64,000 nt of DNA, taken from Candidatus Latescibacterota bacterium (GTDB lineage: Bacteria; Latescibacterota; UBA2968; UBA8231). The stretch lies in NCBI GenBank assembly GCA_965203355.1, contig OZ241889.1, forward strand, positions 2,976,001-3,040,000, written 5' to 3'. A program made the translations under genes and the position numbers. Position 1 is the stretch's first letter. Each line of letters opens with the position of its first letter. A model generated the notes under the pieces. The model did not search any database. It saw only the letters and a program-made list of their open reading frames with translations, and was not told the origin of the DNA. Shown in pieces: positions 10,190 through 20,243 of this stretch.

Positions 10190-10921
10190 TCAAGCCGCCA
10201 TAATAAGATAGGAAAGCCACTCGGCCTGCGGATTGCGAATCGCGTAGCGCGTACCCGGTGGCAGGTGGATCATATCCCCTTCCCGAATCTCCTGCGCGTC
10301 GCCATCCGCTGCCAAAACGCCGCTGTTTTCCAGCACGTAATAGACCTGCTCCAGTTCCTCATAGCACCGCTCAACCGCCTGTCCACGCGGCTGTACTGCC
10401 TCCCGATCAACACAGCGCAATCCCCGTGTAAAACCCACCGCCTCCTCACCAACTAAACCGAGTTGGTGCCAGCGCACCGCGCCCGCACCGTCGCTCATCG
10501 CCGGCACATCGCGCCAGTTGCGGATGGCAAACTCGCCGCCGTTAGCCGCGATCTTTTGGCTGATCACGTGGTGTTCGAGCCAGTCCTCGCTCGTGTCGTT
10601 AAACATCTGGTGATGGATGCCCGACGGCAGGTACACGGCGTCGCCCTCCTGCACGGGAAAGCGCTCTTTATCAAAAAGAACGTGGCCGCGGCCCGAGAGC
10701 ACGTAGTACACCTGTTCGAGGTTTTCGTGCTTGTGGTAATCCGAATTCTTGCGGCCTTGGAGGGCATGACGGGCAAAGCCTTGGAGGCACTCCAAGCGCT
10801 GGCGCGGATCCGGGGCGTCGCCGCCGTCGCGGTCGCGCAACCCGCCCCAATGCACGGCACTCAGGTGGGCTATGTTGGGTTGGACATCGCGCCAGTTAAT
10901 GATGTACACCATCTCTAGCAT
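10190..10921 (-). CDS. Tandem (bi-)cupin protein
   Basis: Two EQVYYVL..G...EGD...LP.G units; only the first keeps HxH..E/H metal ligands. Confidence 0.8.
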   Translation of the reverse strand: MLEMVYIINWRDVQPNIAHLSAVHWGGLRDRDGGDAPDPRQRLECLQGFARHALQGRKNSDYHKHENLEQVYYVLSGRGHVLFDKERFPVQEGDAVYLPSGIHHQMFNDTSEDWLEHHVISQKIAANGGEFAIRNWRDVPAMSDGAGAVRWHQLGLVGEEAVGFTRGLRCVDREAVQPRGQAVERCYEELEQVYYVLENSGVLAADGDAQEIREGDMIHLPPGTRYAIRNPQAEWLSYLIMAA

Positions 10922-10932
10922 TCCTCCTATGT

Positions 10933-11724
10933 TTACAAAGCGACAATTTGGCGCATACGCGCCCCGAGATCAATGAGTTCCTCGCGGCTGCCGCCCACCT
11001 CGTGGATCAGCGTCGAATCGTACCCTACGGCCCTTAACTCGGCCATCACTGTCGGCCAGTCTGTATCCCCTTCGAGCAGGTTGACGAAGCGGTGCTCGCT
11101 GCGGCGAAAATCCTTGAAATGGACCTTCTTGATACGCGGCCCCAACTCGCGGATCCAGTGCTCGGGATAGCCATAGGCCATCATGTTGGCCGTGTCGAGG
11201 TAGATCCCCACCCACTCGCTGCCGATTTCATCGACGAAAAGCCGAGCTTCGCACGGACTGAGCAGGAACTTGTTCCAGACATTTTCCAAGCCAATGGCCG
11301 CGCCCATTTCCTCGGCCAAGGGGGCCGTGTCAATTAGCGCGTCCCGCAACCCATCCCAAGCCTGCTGATAGGTCCCCTCAACCGCTAGCTGGCCCGGATG
11401 CAACAGCACGCCATCGACCGACAGCGCACCGGCGATCTCGAGCGAGCGCCGCAAGCCCTTGAGGCACCGCTCGCGCTCGCTGGCATCGCGGCTGAGCAGG
11501 TTGCCGCGCTCGGGATACCAGACGATGACGCTGCCGATTTCAACGCCAGCATCCTCGCACTGCCGCCCGACCTGTGCGATTTCGTCGGCGCTCATACCCG
11601 GCTCCAAGTCCTTGCCCTCGGCAAAGACCAACTCCACGGTTTGGTAGCCAGCGTCCTCGCACAACCTCAGCGTGTCTGCCAGCGACATATTCCCCAAAAT
11701 GATCTGCGTGATTCCTATTCTCAT
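10933..11724 (-). CDS. Sugar phosphate isomerase/epimerase (AP endonuclease 2 / xylose isomerase-like TIM barrel)
   Basis: LENVWNKFLLSP, YLDTAN, VHFKDF. Confidence 0.88.
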   Translation of the reverse strand: MRIGITQIILGNMSLADTLRLCEDAGYQTVELVFAEGKDLEPGMSADEIAQVGRQCEDAGVEIGSVIVWYPERGNLLSRDASERERCLKGLRRSLEIAGALSVDGVLLHPGQLAVEGTYQQAWDGLRDALIDTAPLAEEMGAAIGLENVWNKFLLSPCEARLFVDEIGSEWVGIYLDTANMMAYGYPEHWIRELGPRIKKVHFKDFRRSEHRFVNLLEGDTDWPTVMAELRAVGYDSTLIHEVGGSREELIDLGARMRQIVAL

Positions 11725-11856
11725 AGCACCCCTCTATTGAATGTATCTAACGCGCTCAGTATGTTATGGGCCGTCGCATTCGGCCCGCGATTCGTTTTGC
11801 GCCGCCTGCTTTGGTCGGCGGTTAGGATATTTTACCCCTTTAACAAGGAGAACAAA

Positions 11857-12750
11857 ATGGCTCAAAGAAAAATCGGCTTTGTCGGCGTCGGGCGCATGGG
11901 AGCCAACATGGCCCGCAACCTGGCGGACAAAGGCTTCAACATCGCGGCTGTATTCGACGCCAACGGCCGTGCAGTCCGCAGCCTAGCCAAAGAGCTTGAT
12001 TGCGCCGCTGCCAAAACGCTAGCCGAAGTTACGGCCCTTTCCGACGTGGTCATCACCGTAGTAACCGACGATGCGGCCATGCGTTCGATCTTCTCCACGG
12101 CCGGCGATTCGCTGCTGACCGACGCCAAAGGCACGACCTTTATCAACTGCGCCACCATCTCGCCAGCGGTCCACGTCGAGGTCGAAGCGCGTGCCGCAGC
12201 AGTCGGAGCTTCCTCGCTCGAAGGCTGCATGGCCTCCAGCATCACCCAAGCGCGCCAAGGCACGCTGTACCTGATGTGCGGCGGCAAGCGCAGCGTCTTC
12301 AACCGCGTCCGGCCCATTCTCGAGGCCCTGAGCGTCGATCTGCGCTACATCGGCCCGGCCGGCCAAGCCGCCCAAGTCAAGGCCCTCGTCAACATGGTCA
12401 TGAACATCAACACCGCTGGGCTAGCCGAAGGACTCGGCTTGGGCGCGGCACTCGGCTTGGATCTGGAGATGCTAATGAAGGTCTTCTCCCAGACCGGGGC
12501 CAACTCGCGGGTTTTAGAAACCGACGGCGAGGACATGACCATCCGCGACCACGAGTGCTATTTCTCCGCGGACCACGCGGCCAAGGACGCTGGCATCGCC
12601 CTCGCTCTCGCCCGCCAAAATAAACTCAGTCTGCCGCTGGCGGAGGCAACCAAGTGCCAGTACGACAAAATGAAAAAACTGGGCCTCGGCGACCTCGACA
12701 AATCAGGCATTGCCGAGCTGACCTTTCCCGGCCGCAAAGGTGCCAAGTAG
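11857..12750 (+). CDS. NAD(P)-dependent beta-hydroxyacid dehydrogenase (3-hydroxyisobutyrate dehydrogenase family)
   Basis: AAGGAG RBS, ATG 11857, IGFVGVGRMGANMA, QVKALVN catalytic Lys. Confidence 0.9.
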   Translation: MAQRKIGFVGVGRMGANMARNLADKGFNIAAVFDANGRAVRSLAKELDCAAAKTLAEVTALSDVVITVVTDDAAMRSIFSTAGDSLLTDAKGTTFINCATISPAVHVEVEARAAAVGASSLEGCMASSITQARQGTLYLMCGGKRSVFNRVRPILEALSVDLRYIGPAGQAAQVKALVNMVMNINTAGLAEGLGLGAALGLDLEMLMKVFSQTGANSRVLETDGEDMTIRDHECYFSADHAAKDAGIALALARQNKLSLPLAEATKCQYDKMKKLGLGDLDKSGIAELTFPGRKGAK

Positions 12751-12762
12751 TAGCTATTTTTC

Positions 12763-12792
12763 GGGGCCGGTCTGCGGTGACCGGCCTCTTTT
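12763..12792 (+). terminator. Hairpin terminator between convergent genes
   Basis: GGGGCCGGTC-TGCGGT-GACCGGCCTC followed by TTTT. Confidence 0.65.
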
Positions 12793-12816
12793 CCCGCTAG
12801 ATCCGCCCCCATCGCC

Positions 12817-13830
12817 TCACTCCAACCGCGTGGCGAGCCATTCGACGGCCGCTTGCCGCCGCGCCTGCGGCGTGTCTGCGTTGGCTGGCAAGCGGTGCAA
12901 TGCCCAAGCGATTTCGTGCGTCAAGGTTTCGCCCACCTGCAAATAGACCCAAGGGCTTAACAGCTCTAGCTCGGTGTAATCTGGACAGGTATAGACCTCA
13001 GCACTCAAGCCCCCGTCCGGGTAGTGCTGGGTCCCATCGCGGCGAAAAAACTCAGCCATAACCACGTCGCCGACAATACCAGCCAGCCAGCGATCCGAGT
13101 CGGCTCCGGTCTTCTGCGCTTCTTCTGGGTCGGGCACAAAAATGCCTAGGTCGCCCTCGATAGTGAAGTTGCGCAGGGCCGCGCCCTCGGCAAAGCCAAA
13201 GGGATGATAGCGCAGATCAAAATGACTGTGCGGATTGAGCGGATAAAGGGTCTGCTCAGGCGACCGGATCTGGGTGACATTCCAAATGGTGTAGCGCAAC
13301 GGCTCAACCTTGGCGTCGGCCAGCTTTTCGATGCGCTGGTGAATTTTCACGTGCGTACCCCGTTTTGCCAAGCGGATTTCGCGTACGCTACGCGCCCCAT
13401 TGTACTCGCTCACCGGACTGGTGATCACCACCCCTTCGGGCAGCAGCCCAACCTCGTGTACCGCGCCGTCAAAAGCCGGGTCGGGCGGCCAAGAGTAGCC
13501 GTTGATTTTGGCAAACTCGCTCTGCTGGTTGGGCCAGACCTTGTCGCCGCCGAAATTGGTCCACACGTACTGGCCTTTTTCATCGACCTTGGGTTGACCA
13601 TCGGGCAGTACCTCGCCGTGTAGATCGGGATCGGACCAGAGGATGTTTTCGCCGCCGACCAATCCGTAGTACATGATGCGACCAATGGCCGGCACCACGA
13701 CTACGCGCACGTCGGGATTGGCAATTTCAATCGAATTTGCCCAGCCTTCGTACTCGATTTCCTCGACTGTAACTTGGGCCATGGCCGGCAGGGCCAGCAC
13801 CGCCAACATAAAGCACTGTAACAATTTCAT
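12817..13830 (-). CDS. Secreted DUF4380-like (aldose epimerase-fold) protein
   Basis: Signal peptide MKLLQCFMLAVLALPAMAQ, VVPAIGRIM, NFGGDKVWP, YTELELLSP. Confidence 0.6.
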   Translation of the reverse strand: MKLLQCFMLAVLALPAMAQVTVEEIEYEGWANSIEIANPDVRVVVVPAIGRIMYYGLVGGENILWSDPDLHGEVLPDGQPKVDEKGQYVWTNFGGDKVWPNQQSEFAKINGYSWPPDPAFDGAVHEVGLLPEGVVITSPVSEYNGARSVREIRLAKRGTHVKIHQRIEKLADAKVEPLRYTIWNVTQIRSPEQTLYPLNPHSHFDLRYHPFGFAEGAALRNFTIEGDLGIFVPDPEEAQKTGADSDRWLAGIVGDVVMAEFFRRDGTQHYPDGGLSAEVYTCPDYTELELLSPWVYLQVGETLTHEIAWALHRLPANADTPQARRQAAVEWLATRLE

Positions 13831-13841
13831 CGTATGCGTCC

Positions 13842-14972
13842 TCATCTGAGCGCCGAAACGCCGCCGCCTTTGAGGGCCCGGGCGACTTCCTTTTCGACGT
13901 CGTCTCGCGTGACCATGGTAGTATCGCCGATGCACTCCTGCACTAGGATGCCGTGGGCGGCTCCCCACTGCACGGCGTCGCTGGCTCCTCGGCCATTGAG
14001 CAGGGCCGCGATCACGCCCGAGGCAAAGGAGTCGCCACCGCCGGTGCGATCGGCGATTTCAATGTTTTCGCGCACGGCAGCTTGGTATATTTCGCCCTCC
14101 TCGACATCGAAGAGCACCGCGCCCCAGTTGATGCGGTCCGCCGTCAGCGCACCGCGCAACTGCGTGCCGATGTACTTGAGGTTCGGATAGTCGTTGGCGA
14201 CTTGGTGCAGCATCTTGGTGTAGATCGCCAACCACTGATCGAAGCTGGCGTCTTGGGCCACTTTTTCGGTTTCGTAGCCCAGCGCGTCGTCAAAATCGTC
14301 TTGATTGCCAACGAGGAACTCAACGTGCGGCACAATAGCGCGATTGATCTGGCGGGCGCGCTCTTTGTCCGGCTCCACCTTAGAGCGGTAGTTGAGATCA
14401 AAGGAGCGGCCAGCACCGTGCTCGCCGGCCTTCTGCATACCCTCTAGCGCCAAGGCGGCCGTCTTCTCCGAGAGCAAGGTGTAAATCCCGCCAGTGCTAA
14501 ACCACCGCGTCCCCACCGCGCCGAACAGATGATCCCAGTCCACATCGCCCGGCCCGATTTCTCGCACCGGGGTATGGGCGCGATAATATTCGGTCACCGA
14601 AGGCAAAAGGCCCTTGCCAGCCCAAGTGAAGTTGATCCCATTGTGCAAGGTTCCCTTGGCGTCCGTGCTGAACGGGCCCTTGCCGCTGTTGTCGAACCAG
14701 ATGATATGCCCGGTGTCGATCCCGGCTTCGCGCAGTTGGTTTTCAATGTTGCGGCCAATTCCATCATCGACGAGAGCCGTGATGACGGCGGCGCGCAAGC
14801 CAAAGCAATAGCTTAAGCCCTCGGCGACATTGGTCTCGCCGCCCCCGTGCCAGATCCGGGCCGTGCGCGCCCGGGCCGTGGGCACTTGGCCGGGATCAAT
14901 GCGCATGAGGACTTCGCCTAGGGCGATGGCGTCGTAGCGGGTTTGGTCTGCTGATTTAAGCTGCATACTCAT
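13842..14972 (-). CDS. PfkB family sugar kinase (2-keto-3-deoxygluconate kinase-like)
   Basis: LGEVLMRIDP, GGGETNVA, DLNYR, DRTGGGDSFASG. Confidence 0.88.
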   Translation of the reverse strand: MSMQLKSADQTRYDAIALGEVLMRIDPGQVPTARARTARIWHGGGETNVAEGLSYCFGLRAAVITALVDDGIGRNIENQLREAGIDTGHIIWFDNSGKGPFSTDAKGTLHNGINFTWAGKGLLPSVTEYYRAHTPVREIGPGDVDWDHLFGAVGTRWFSTGGIYTLLSEKTAALALEGMQKAGEHGAGRSFDLNYRSKVEPDKERARQINRAIVPHVEFLVGNQDDFDDALGYETEKVAQDASFDQWLAIYTKMLHQVANDYPNLKYIGTQLRGALTADRINWGAVLFDVEEGEIYQAAVRENIEIADRTGGGDSFASGVIAALLNGRGASDAVQWGAAHGILVQECIGDTTMVTRDDVEKEVARALKGGGVSALR

Positions 14973-15012
14973 GGAACTGTCTTCCTCCTTGATTTATGTA
15001 AGGTTTTCTCGG

Positions 15013-15879
15013 TCATAGCGGCACTCGCACTCGGCTCTTTCTCGCCAGAGACTTCTCCAGCGCCTCTAACACGGCCACCGGCCCCAGCATAGTCTGCGCG
15101 GTCTCGTCGGTTTTGCCCGTGCGAAACATGGCGCAAAAATCGCGGACGCCGCTCAGATACGAGCTCTCGTCAAATGAGATCGGCTCGTCCATGCGGCCCT
15201 TTTCGCCGATGGCACTCAGATGGAAACCAGGTGAAGCCCCTCCCACCAAGTTCAGGGTGGCCACGCAGCCATCGCGGTATGTGAGGGTGGCCGTGTGGTT
15301 GGCACCAGCCCCGCGATGTATCTCGGCCCAGCGTATATCCGCACCGAGCAGGCGCAGCACCATATCCACTTGGTGAATGCCGTAAAAAAAGACGCCACCC
15401 CACCTCGATTTGATGTCGCAAGGCCCAGTGGCGACCACGGCCTGAATGGCACCGAGATTGCGCATCTCCTTGGCAAAAGCCCTATACGAAGCCTGTTTGG
15501 GCAGCGTCGAAAAAGAGCAAACCGGCACACCCAACTCCTCGGCCCGCGCCAAAAAACCCTTCCCCTCGGCCAAACGGTAGCAAAACGGCTTGTCGATAAA
15601 AAGTGGGATTTTGGCCTCCAACAGCGGTCGGGCTGCTGGCAGATGTTCCTTGCCGTGGCGGTGATCGACCACCGCCGCATCCACTTGGCCGATCAACGCT
15701 TCGGGGGCGCGAACAATGTGCGGGATTTGACCGGCGGCCGCAGCCGTTTGCGCGTATTGGGCGGTCTCGCCCCACACGTGGGTCACCCGCACCCCGCGCA
15801 CCCTTTTTTCGACGTTGAGCACTTGGGCGATAGCGGCCGCGTGGCTGTTTTCCGCCCCGACGATACCGATGTTGAGCAT
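15013..15879 (-). CDS. Gfo/Idh/MocA-like oxidoreductase
   Basis: IGIVGAENSHA, FIDKP, FYGIHQV. Confidence 0.8.
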   Translation of the reverse strand: MLNIGIVGAENSHAAAIAQVLNVEKRVRGVRVTHVWGETAQYAQTAAAAGQIPHIVRAPEALIGQVDAAVVDHRHGKEHLPAARPLLEAKIPLFIDKPFCYRLAEGKGFLARAEELGVPVCSFSTLPKQASYRAFAKEMRNLGAIQAVVATGPCDIKSRWGGVFFYGIHQVDMVLRLLGADIRWAEIHRGAGANHTATLTYRDGCVATLNLVGGASPGFHLSAIGEKGRMDEPISFDESSYLSGVRDFCAMFRTGKTDETAQTMLGPVAVLEALEKSLARKSRVRVPL

Positions 15880-15880
15880 C

Positions 15881-16705
15881 TTATACCTCCCCGAATGGCC
15901 ACAGCTTCAACGCCGTCTTGCCCAGCACCCATTCCAAATCCTCCGGCGCGATAAATTTCATTTCGTCGCGCACCACCGCCAAGGGCTGGGCGTATTCGGC
16001 CAGCGACAGGCACACTGGCCAATCCGTGCCCCACATAATGCGCTGCGGCCCAAAGGTCTGATACACTTCCTCGACCATCTCGTGCGTATCGGCCCAAGGG
16101 TAGCCCTGCTTGGACAACGACCAAGTGTGGCTGATCTTGACGTACACGCCGGGGTAGCGGGCCAGGTCCATCAGCAATTGCCGCTCCTCCGGGTGGTCGG
16201 GATGCGCACTGGCCATGTGGTCAATGCAGCAATTCACATCCGGGTAGCGGTCGAGGATCCGCGCCAAATCCGGCATCCGACGCGGCCCAGTCAAAATCAA
16301 CATCGGGATCCCCAAATCTCGGGCGCGCGCAAAAATCGGGTCCATCCCCGGCCCCTTAAACCAATCGCCCGCCGCATCCTGCGATGGCGAGAGCCGCATC
16401 CCGTGCAGGCCGTGTTCCTCGGTCCACATCGACATGTGGTCGGGCGCGGCCGGGTCTTCGGGATTGATGCGTCCCACGGCCATGAAGCGGTCGGGATATT
16501 GTTTGCTGGCGTGGGCGACATAGCTGTTGTCCCAGCGGTAGTGGATGACTTGCACCAGCACGGTCTTTTCCACGCCATGGGCGTCCATCAGTGCCAGTAG
16601 TTCTTCCGCCGTGTGGTCTTCGGCGGGCGGGTTTGGATTTTCTGCCGGCCACGGAAAAGTCGGATCGTTGATCCACACGTGGACATGAGGGTCAATGATG
16701 CGCAT
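15881..16705 (-). CDS. Amidohydrolase_2 family lactonase/hydrolase
   Basis: IIDPHVHVW, IDHM, YVKIS, MWGTDWP. Confidence 0.88.
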   Translation of the reverse strand: MRIIDPHVHVWINDPTFPWPAENPNPPAEDHTAEELLALMDAHGVEKTVLVQVIHYRWDNSYVAHASKQYPDRFMAVGRINPEDPAAPDHMSMWTEEHGLHGMRLSPSQDAAGDWFKGPGMDPIFARARDLGIPMLILTGPRRMPDLARILDRYPDVNCCIDHMASAHPDHPEERQLLMDLARYPGVYVKISHTWSLSKQGYPWADTHEMVEEVYQTFGPQRIMWGTDWPVCLSLAEYAQPLAVVRDEMKFIAPEDLEWVLGKTALKLWPFGEV

Positions 16706-16850
16706 GAAGGATTCCTTTCTGCGAAATGAGCCGCGATAAGATGCGAAAAAGGGACGCGCCCGTCCAGCGATACGCCGCTTGCGAGGCCGCGTCCAGCCGC
16801 CTAGATTGACCGGCACCTTTCTTCACCCGGCGTTCCACAGGAGACGTACC

Positions 16851-18419
16851 TTGTTCGACCTGATCATTCGCAACGGCACCATCATCGACGGCCTCCGCGC
16901 CGACCGCTATCCCGCGGATATTGGCCTCCGCGCCGACCGCATCGCGGCCATCGGCGACCTCGGCGACACCCCAGCACCGCACAGCCTCGACGCCCAAGGT
17001 AAAATCGTCGCCCCGGGCTTTGTCGATGTCCACAACCACTCCGACGGCTGGCTCTTACAAAAGCCCAACTTCCGCCCCAAAACCCGCCAGGGCTTTACCA
17101 CCGAAGTCCTCATGGCCGACGGCATCTCCTACGCCCCGGTCGACGCCGCCACCCGCGCCCACTGGCTTTATTATATGCGCGCCCTCAACGGCCTGATGCA
17201 AAGCCACTACTCAGGCTGGGAGAGCCTCGCCGATTACATGCAGTTGCTCGACGGTCGCACCGCGCAAAACACCATCACCCACCTCCCCTATGCTCATCTG
17301 CGGGCCATGGCCTGTGGCTGGGACCGCCGCGTTCCCGACGACGGGCAAATGGAAGAGATTCTCGCCGGAGTCGAGCGCGGTATGGCCGAAGGGGCCGTCG
17401 GCCTTTCGACCGGGCTCGACTACATCGCCGAATGCTTTGCCACCACCGACGAACTCGTCGCTGCCTGTACGCCAATGGCAGAGCAACAGGGCCTCTACGT
17501 CACGCACGTGCGCTACAAAAAGGGCACCCTCGCCGGCGTGCAGGAAGCCGTCGAAGTGGGTCGGCGCGCCGGCGTCCCGGTCCACATTTCCCACTTCAAG
17601 GGCACCACGCCCCAGCAAATTGACGAACTGCTGTCGTACGTGGATCAAGTCGCGGTCAACGAAGTCGATTTCACCTTTGACGTGTACCCGTACCTGCCCG
17701 GCTCGACCATGCTCAACTTCATGTTGCCCTATGAGGTGTGGGAGGACGGTCCGTTGGGCGTCTTGCCCAAACTCAACGATCCCACAATCCGCCGCCGCTT
17801 CGCCCGCGTCCTCGACCGCTATGTCAATCCCCTCGACCGCATGACCATCGCTTGGCTGCCCGGGCGGGACAACGCTCGCTTTATTGGCCGCACCTTAGAC
17901 GAATACGTCCAACAAGCCGGTGCGCTTCCGGCCGACGCGCTCTGCGACCTGCTAATCGAAGAAAACTTGGCGGTCCTCCTCGTCTTCCACCACGGCGACG
18001 ACGCCTTGGTGCATCCCTTCCTGTCGCATGAAAAATACATGCTGGGCAGCGACGGGATTTACTTCCCCGACGGCGCAGTCCATCCGCGTTTATACGGATC
18101 CGCCGCGCGCCTGCTAGGGCCTTGCGTCCGCGACCACAAGCTCTTCTCGCTCGAAGACGCGGTGTACAAGCTGAGCGGCCACCCAGCATCGCGGTTTGGG
18201 CTGACACAACGAGGGCAAGTCGCCGAGGGCTTTTACGCGGACTTAGTCGTCTTTGACGCCGAGACTGTTGCCGATCGCGCCACGTACGCCGACCCTCACC
18301 AGTATTCGATCGGGGTCGAGCACGTCCTCGTCAACGGGGTTCCGATCGTCCGCAACGGATGCGCGGTCGAAGACTTGGGGCCGACTTGGCCGGGTCGCTA
18401 TCTGAAGTTCAGGGCCTGA
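16851..18419 (+). CDS. D-aminoacylase / N-acyl-D-amino-acid deacylase family
   Basis: AGGAG RBS and TTG 16851; FDLIIRNGTIIDG, PGFVDVHNHSD, GLSTGLDY, HPRLYG, ADLVVFD. Confidence 0.88.
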   Translation: MFDLIIRNGTIIDGLRADRYPADIGLRADRIAAIGDLGDTPAPHSLDAQGKIVAPGFVDVHNHSDGWLLQKPNFRPKTRQGFTTEVLMADGISYAPVDAATRAHWLYYMRALNGLMQSHYSGWESLADYMQLLDGRTAQNTITHLPYAHLRAMACGWDRRVPDDGQMEEILAGVERGMAEGAVGLSTGLDYIAECFATTDELVAACTPMAEQQGLYVTHVRYKKGTLAGVQEAVEVGRRAGVPVHISHFKGTTPQQIDELLSYVDQVAVNEVDFTFDVYPYLPGSTMLNFMLPYEVWEDGPLGVLPKLNDPTIRRRFARVLDRYVNPLDRMTIAWLPGRDNARFIGRTLDEYVQQAGALPADALCDLLIEENLAVLLVFHHGDDALVHPFLSHEKYMLGSDGIYFPDGAVHPRLYGSAARLLGPCVRDHKLFSLEDAVYKLSGHPASRFGLTQRGQVAEGFYADLVVFDAETVADRATYADPHQYSIGVEHVLVNGVPIVRNGCAVEDLGPTWPGRYLKFRA

Positions 18420-18785
18420 TTAGTACTTGCTCCGCCGGCCGCCGTTCCAGCACTCGGCCGTCTCGCCCTTGGGGTTGAGCAGCGTGGCCGAGTGCTCGCT
18501 TAACTTGACCCATACCGTCTCACCGACGTACATCCAGCACCAAGAGCAATGTTCTTTCGGATCGAGCAACCAGACGTCCCCGTCCGGCAACCGCACCAAT
18601 AAGAGTCCCTCGGCAAGGCGACGCATCAGGTGCGCTTCCACATAGTCGCCGGTGGCCAAAAGTTGCGCGGCTTGGAGCGAGGGTTCTGGGGATGGGACCG
18701 GCGCGGCGATCAGCGCACAGCCCCCGATCAACGCGACGCAGACGACCGCACTGTGCAGCTTGTGTATTGGAGTAAGCGACGACAT
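18420..18785 (-). CDS. Hypothetical exported/lipoprotein with a CxxC motif
   Basis: Hydrophobic N-terminus with LIGGC; HCSWCW. Confidence 0.5.
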   Translation of the reverse strand: MSSLTPIHKLHSAVVCVALIGGCALIAAPVPSPEPSLQAAQLLATGDYVEAHLMRRLAEGLLLVRLPDGDVWLLDPKEHCSWCWMYVGETVWVKLSEHSATLLNPKGETAECWNGGRRSKY

Positions 18786-19054
18786 CTTCTTCTTTGGCTT
18801 AGGATTGACGCTGATTTATACTCTCATTAATATTTAGTATATAAAGACGCCCCTATCCAAGATAACACTATGACCTCGACAGATACCATTGAACCCACCG
18901 CTCTTTAAGGCGTCACCTCAACTTTGAAGGAGTTTTGTTATGGCCTCTTTACAGTTACATGTAAAACGTTGGAGATGAAAGAAAATTTTGGGATAAGTGT
19001 ATTTTCCATCTTATCCGCGCTAATCGCACTTCAGTGACTGTGGAGGAGATAGTA

Positions 19055-19190
19055 ATGGTTGCTGATCAAATCGTGATGGAGAGAAGGAAACGAATTACTG
19101 CATCTGCTCTCCATTCCTGAGATGCGTAAATCTATCATCGAGGGCCTGAAAACGCCCGTAGAGGAGTGCGCCGAGGAACTTGACTGGTGA
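19055..19190 (+). pseudogene. Degenerate Phd/YefM antitoxin (C-terminal part only)
   Basis: WREGNELLHLLSIPEMRKSIIEGLKTPVEECAEELDW* follows an in-frame TGA at 19074; RBS-ATG 19055 is in another frame; stop overlaps the toxin GTG. Confidence 0.75.
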
Positions 19191-19456
19191 GTTGGAAGCT
19201 GGTCTTTACTCGGCAAGCACAGCGGGACGCCAAGAAGCTCCAAGCGGCGGGCTTGCGACCCCGAGCGGAAAAGCTGCTCGATTTGCTTAAAGAAAATCCT
19301 TTCTGTACGCCGCCCCCATTTGAAAAACTGCTCGGCGATGTAAGTGGTGCCTACTCCCGTCGGATCAACATCCAGCACCGTCTACGTCTAGTTTATCAGG
19401 TCTTAAAAAAAGAAAAAGTCGTCAAGGTGCTCCGCCTGTGGACACACTATGAGTAG
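19187..19456 (+). CDS. yoeB: Txe/YoeB family toxin (RelE fold) with a 2-aa duplication
   Basis: PPFEKLLGD.SGAYSRRINIQHRL(RL)VY...LWTHYE. Confidence 0.85.
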   Translation: MSWKLVFTRQAQRDAKKLQAAGLRPRAEKLLDLLKENPFCTPPPFEKLLGDVSGAYSRRINIQHRLRLVYQVLKKEKVVKVLRLWTHYE

Positions 19457-19495
19457 GCGAGCCCATGGCACCGCGTTGTGTAACACTCAAGCCCG

Positions 19496-20047
19496 TTAGA
19501 ATACGTCTGCAAGCGGCACATTCCACCCAGGGACCACCTCGCCGCCATCGAGCACATCGCCTTCGGTTAGCATGCACATGTCGTCGGGAGCGCGGTACAC
19601 CGTTGCAGTGCGTTGGTCGGGGTCAATCACAACGACCATCTGCGTACCCGCCCGCAGCCAGTCAAACACTTTTTCTTTCATCTCGCTGTAGCGATCATTG
19701 GGTGAAACAACTTCAACGGCGAGGTCTGGGGCACCGGGGAAAAAACCTCGTTCTTCTGCGGTAGCCTCAGCGCGTTCCCGCGACACAAAGCTGACATCGG
19801 GTGCCCGGACCGTATCAGGCGCAGTGTCAATGAGGAAGCCGGTCTCGGCGGCATAGGTTTCGCCCAAGCTATTGTTTGCAACAAATGCTTCGAGATAGCT
19901 ACCGATTTTTGCGGCGATGCGTCCGCGTCGTCTGCCGACAGGTGCCATCTGGCGCAATTCTCCTTGTACAAGTTCGCAGCAATAGCCATTGTGCGGCATC
20001 GCCAGCAGTTCATCGGCGGTCATCTGGGCAACTGTTTGTGTAGCCAT
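19496..20047 (-). CDS. Uma2 family endonuclease
   Basis: MTADELLAMP, ELVQGEL, VRAPDVSFV, APDLAVEVVSPND; likely start ATG 20047. Confidence 0.9.
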   Translation of the reverse strand: MATQTVAQMTADELLAMPHNGYCCELVQGELRQMAPVGRRRGRIAAKIGSYLEAFVANNSLGETYAAETGFLIDTAPDTVRAPDVSFVSRERAEATAEERGFFPGAPDLAVEVVSPNDRYSEMKEKVFDWLRAGTQMVVVIDPDQRTATVYRAPDDMCMLTEGDVLDGGEVVPGWNVPLADVF

Positions 20048-20243
20048 AATAGCAGCTTTGCGGTGGGAGTTAAATTTGATACTAGCCAAATGCCATAGCG
20101 AGGCTACCCCAATAGTTGAACTGCGAATCCAGCAACATCGAGCGATCCCAGCTCCAGCCGGCCGCAAGATTCCACCATGCACCCGCGTACTCTCAATGCG
20201 ATCCGAGGCATCAACTGGACTATTTAGGCGCATTCCCCGCTTC

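Noticed and set aside
11398-11856. Long N-terminal extensions in the ORF track (also at 1844, 13968, 16779, 20233, 25561, 35376, 53458, 57542, 63279)
   Set aside because: They overlap neighbouring genes or lack homology-like content. Downstream starts with an RBS or family N-termini fit better.
18991-19016. GGATAAG-N12-CTTATCC inverted repeat upstream of the yefM remnant
   Set aside because: The arms are only 7 bp in AT-rich DNA. It could be an operator but cannot be supported.
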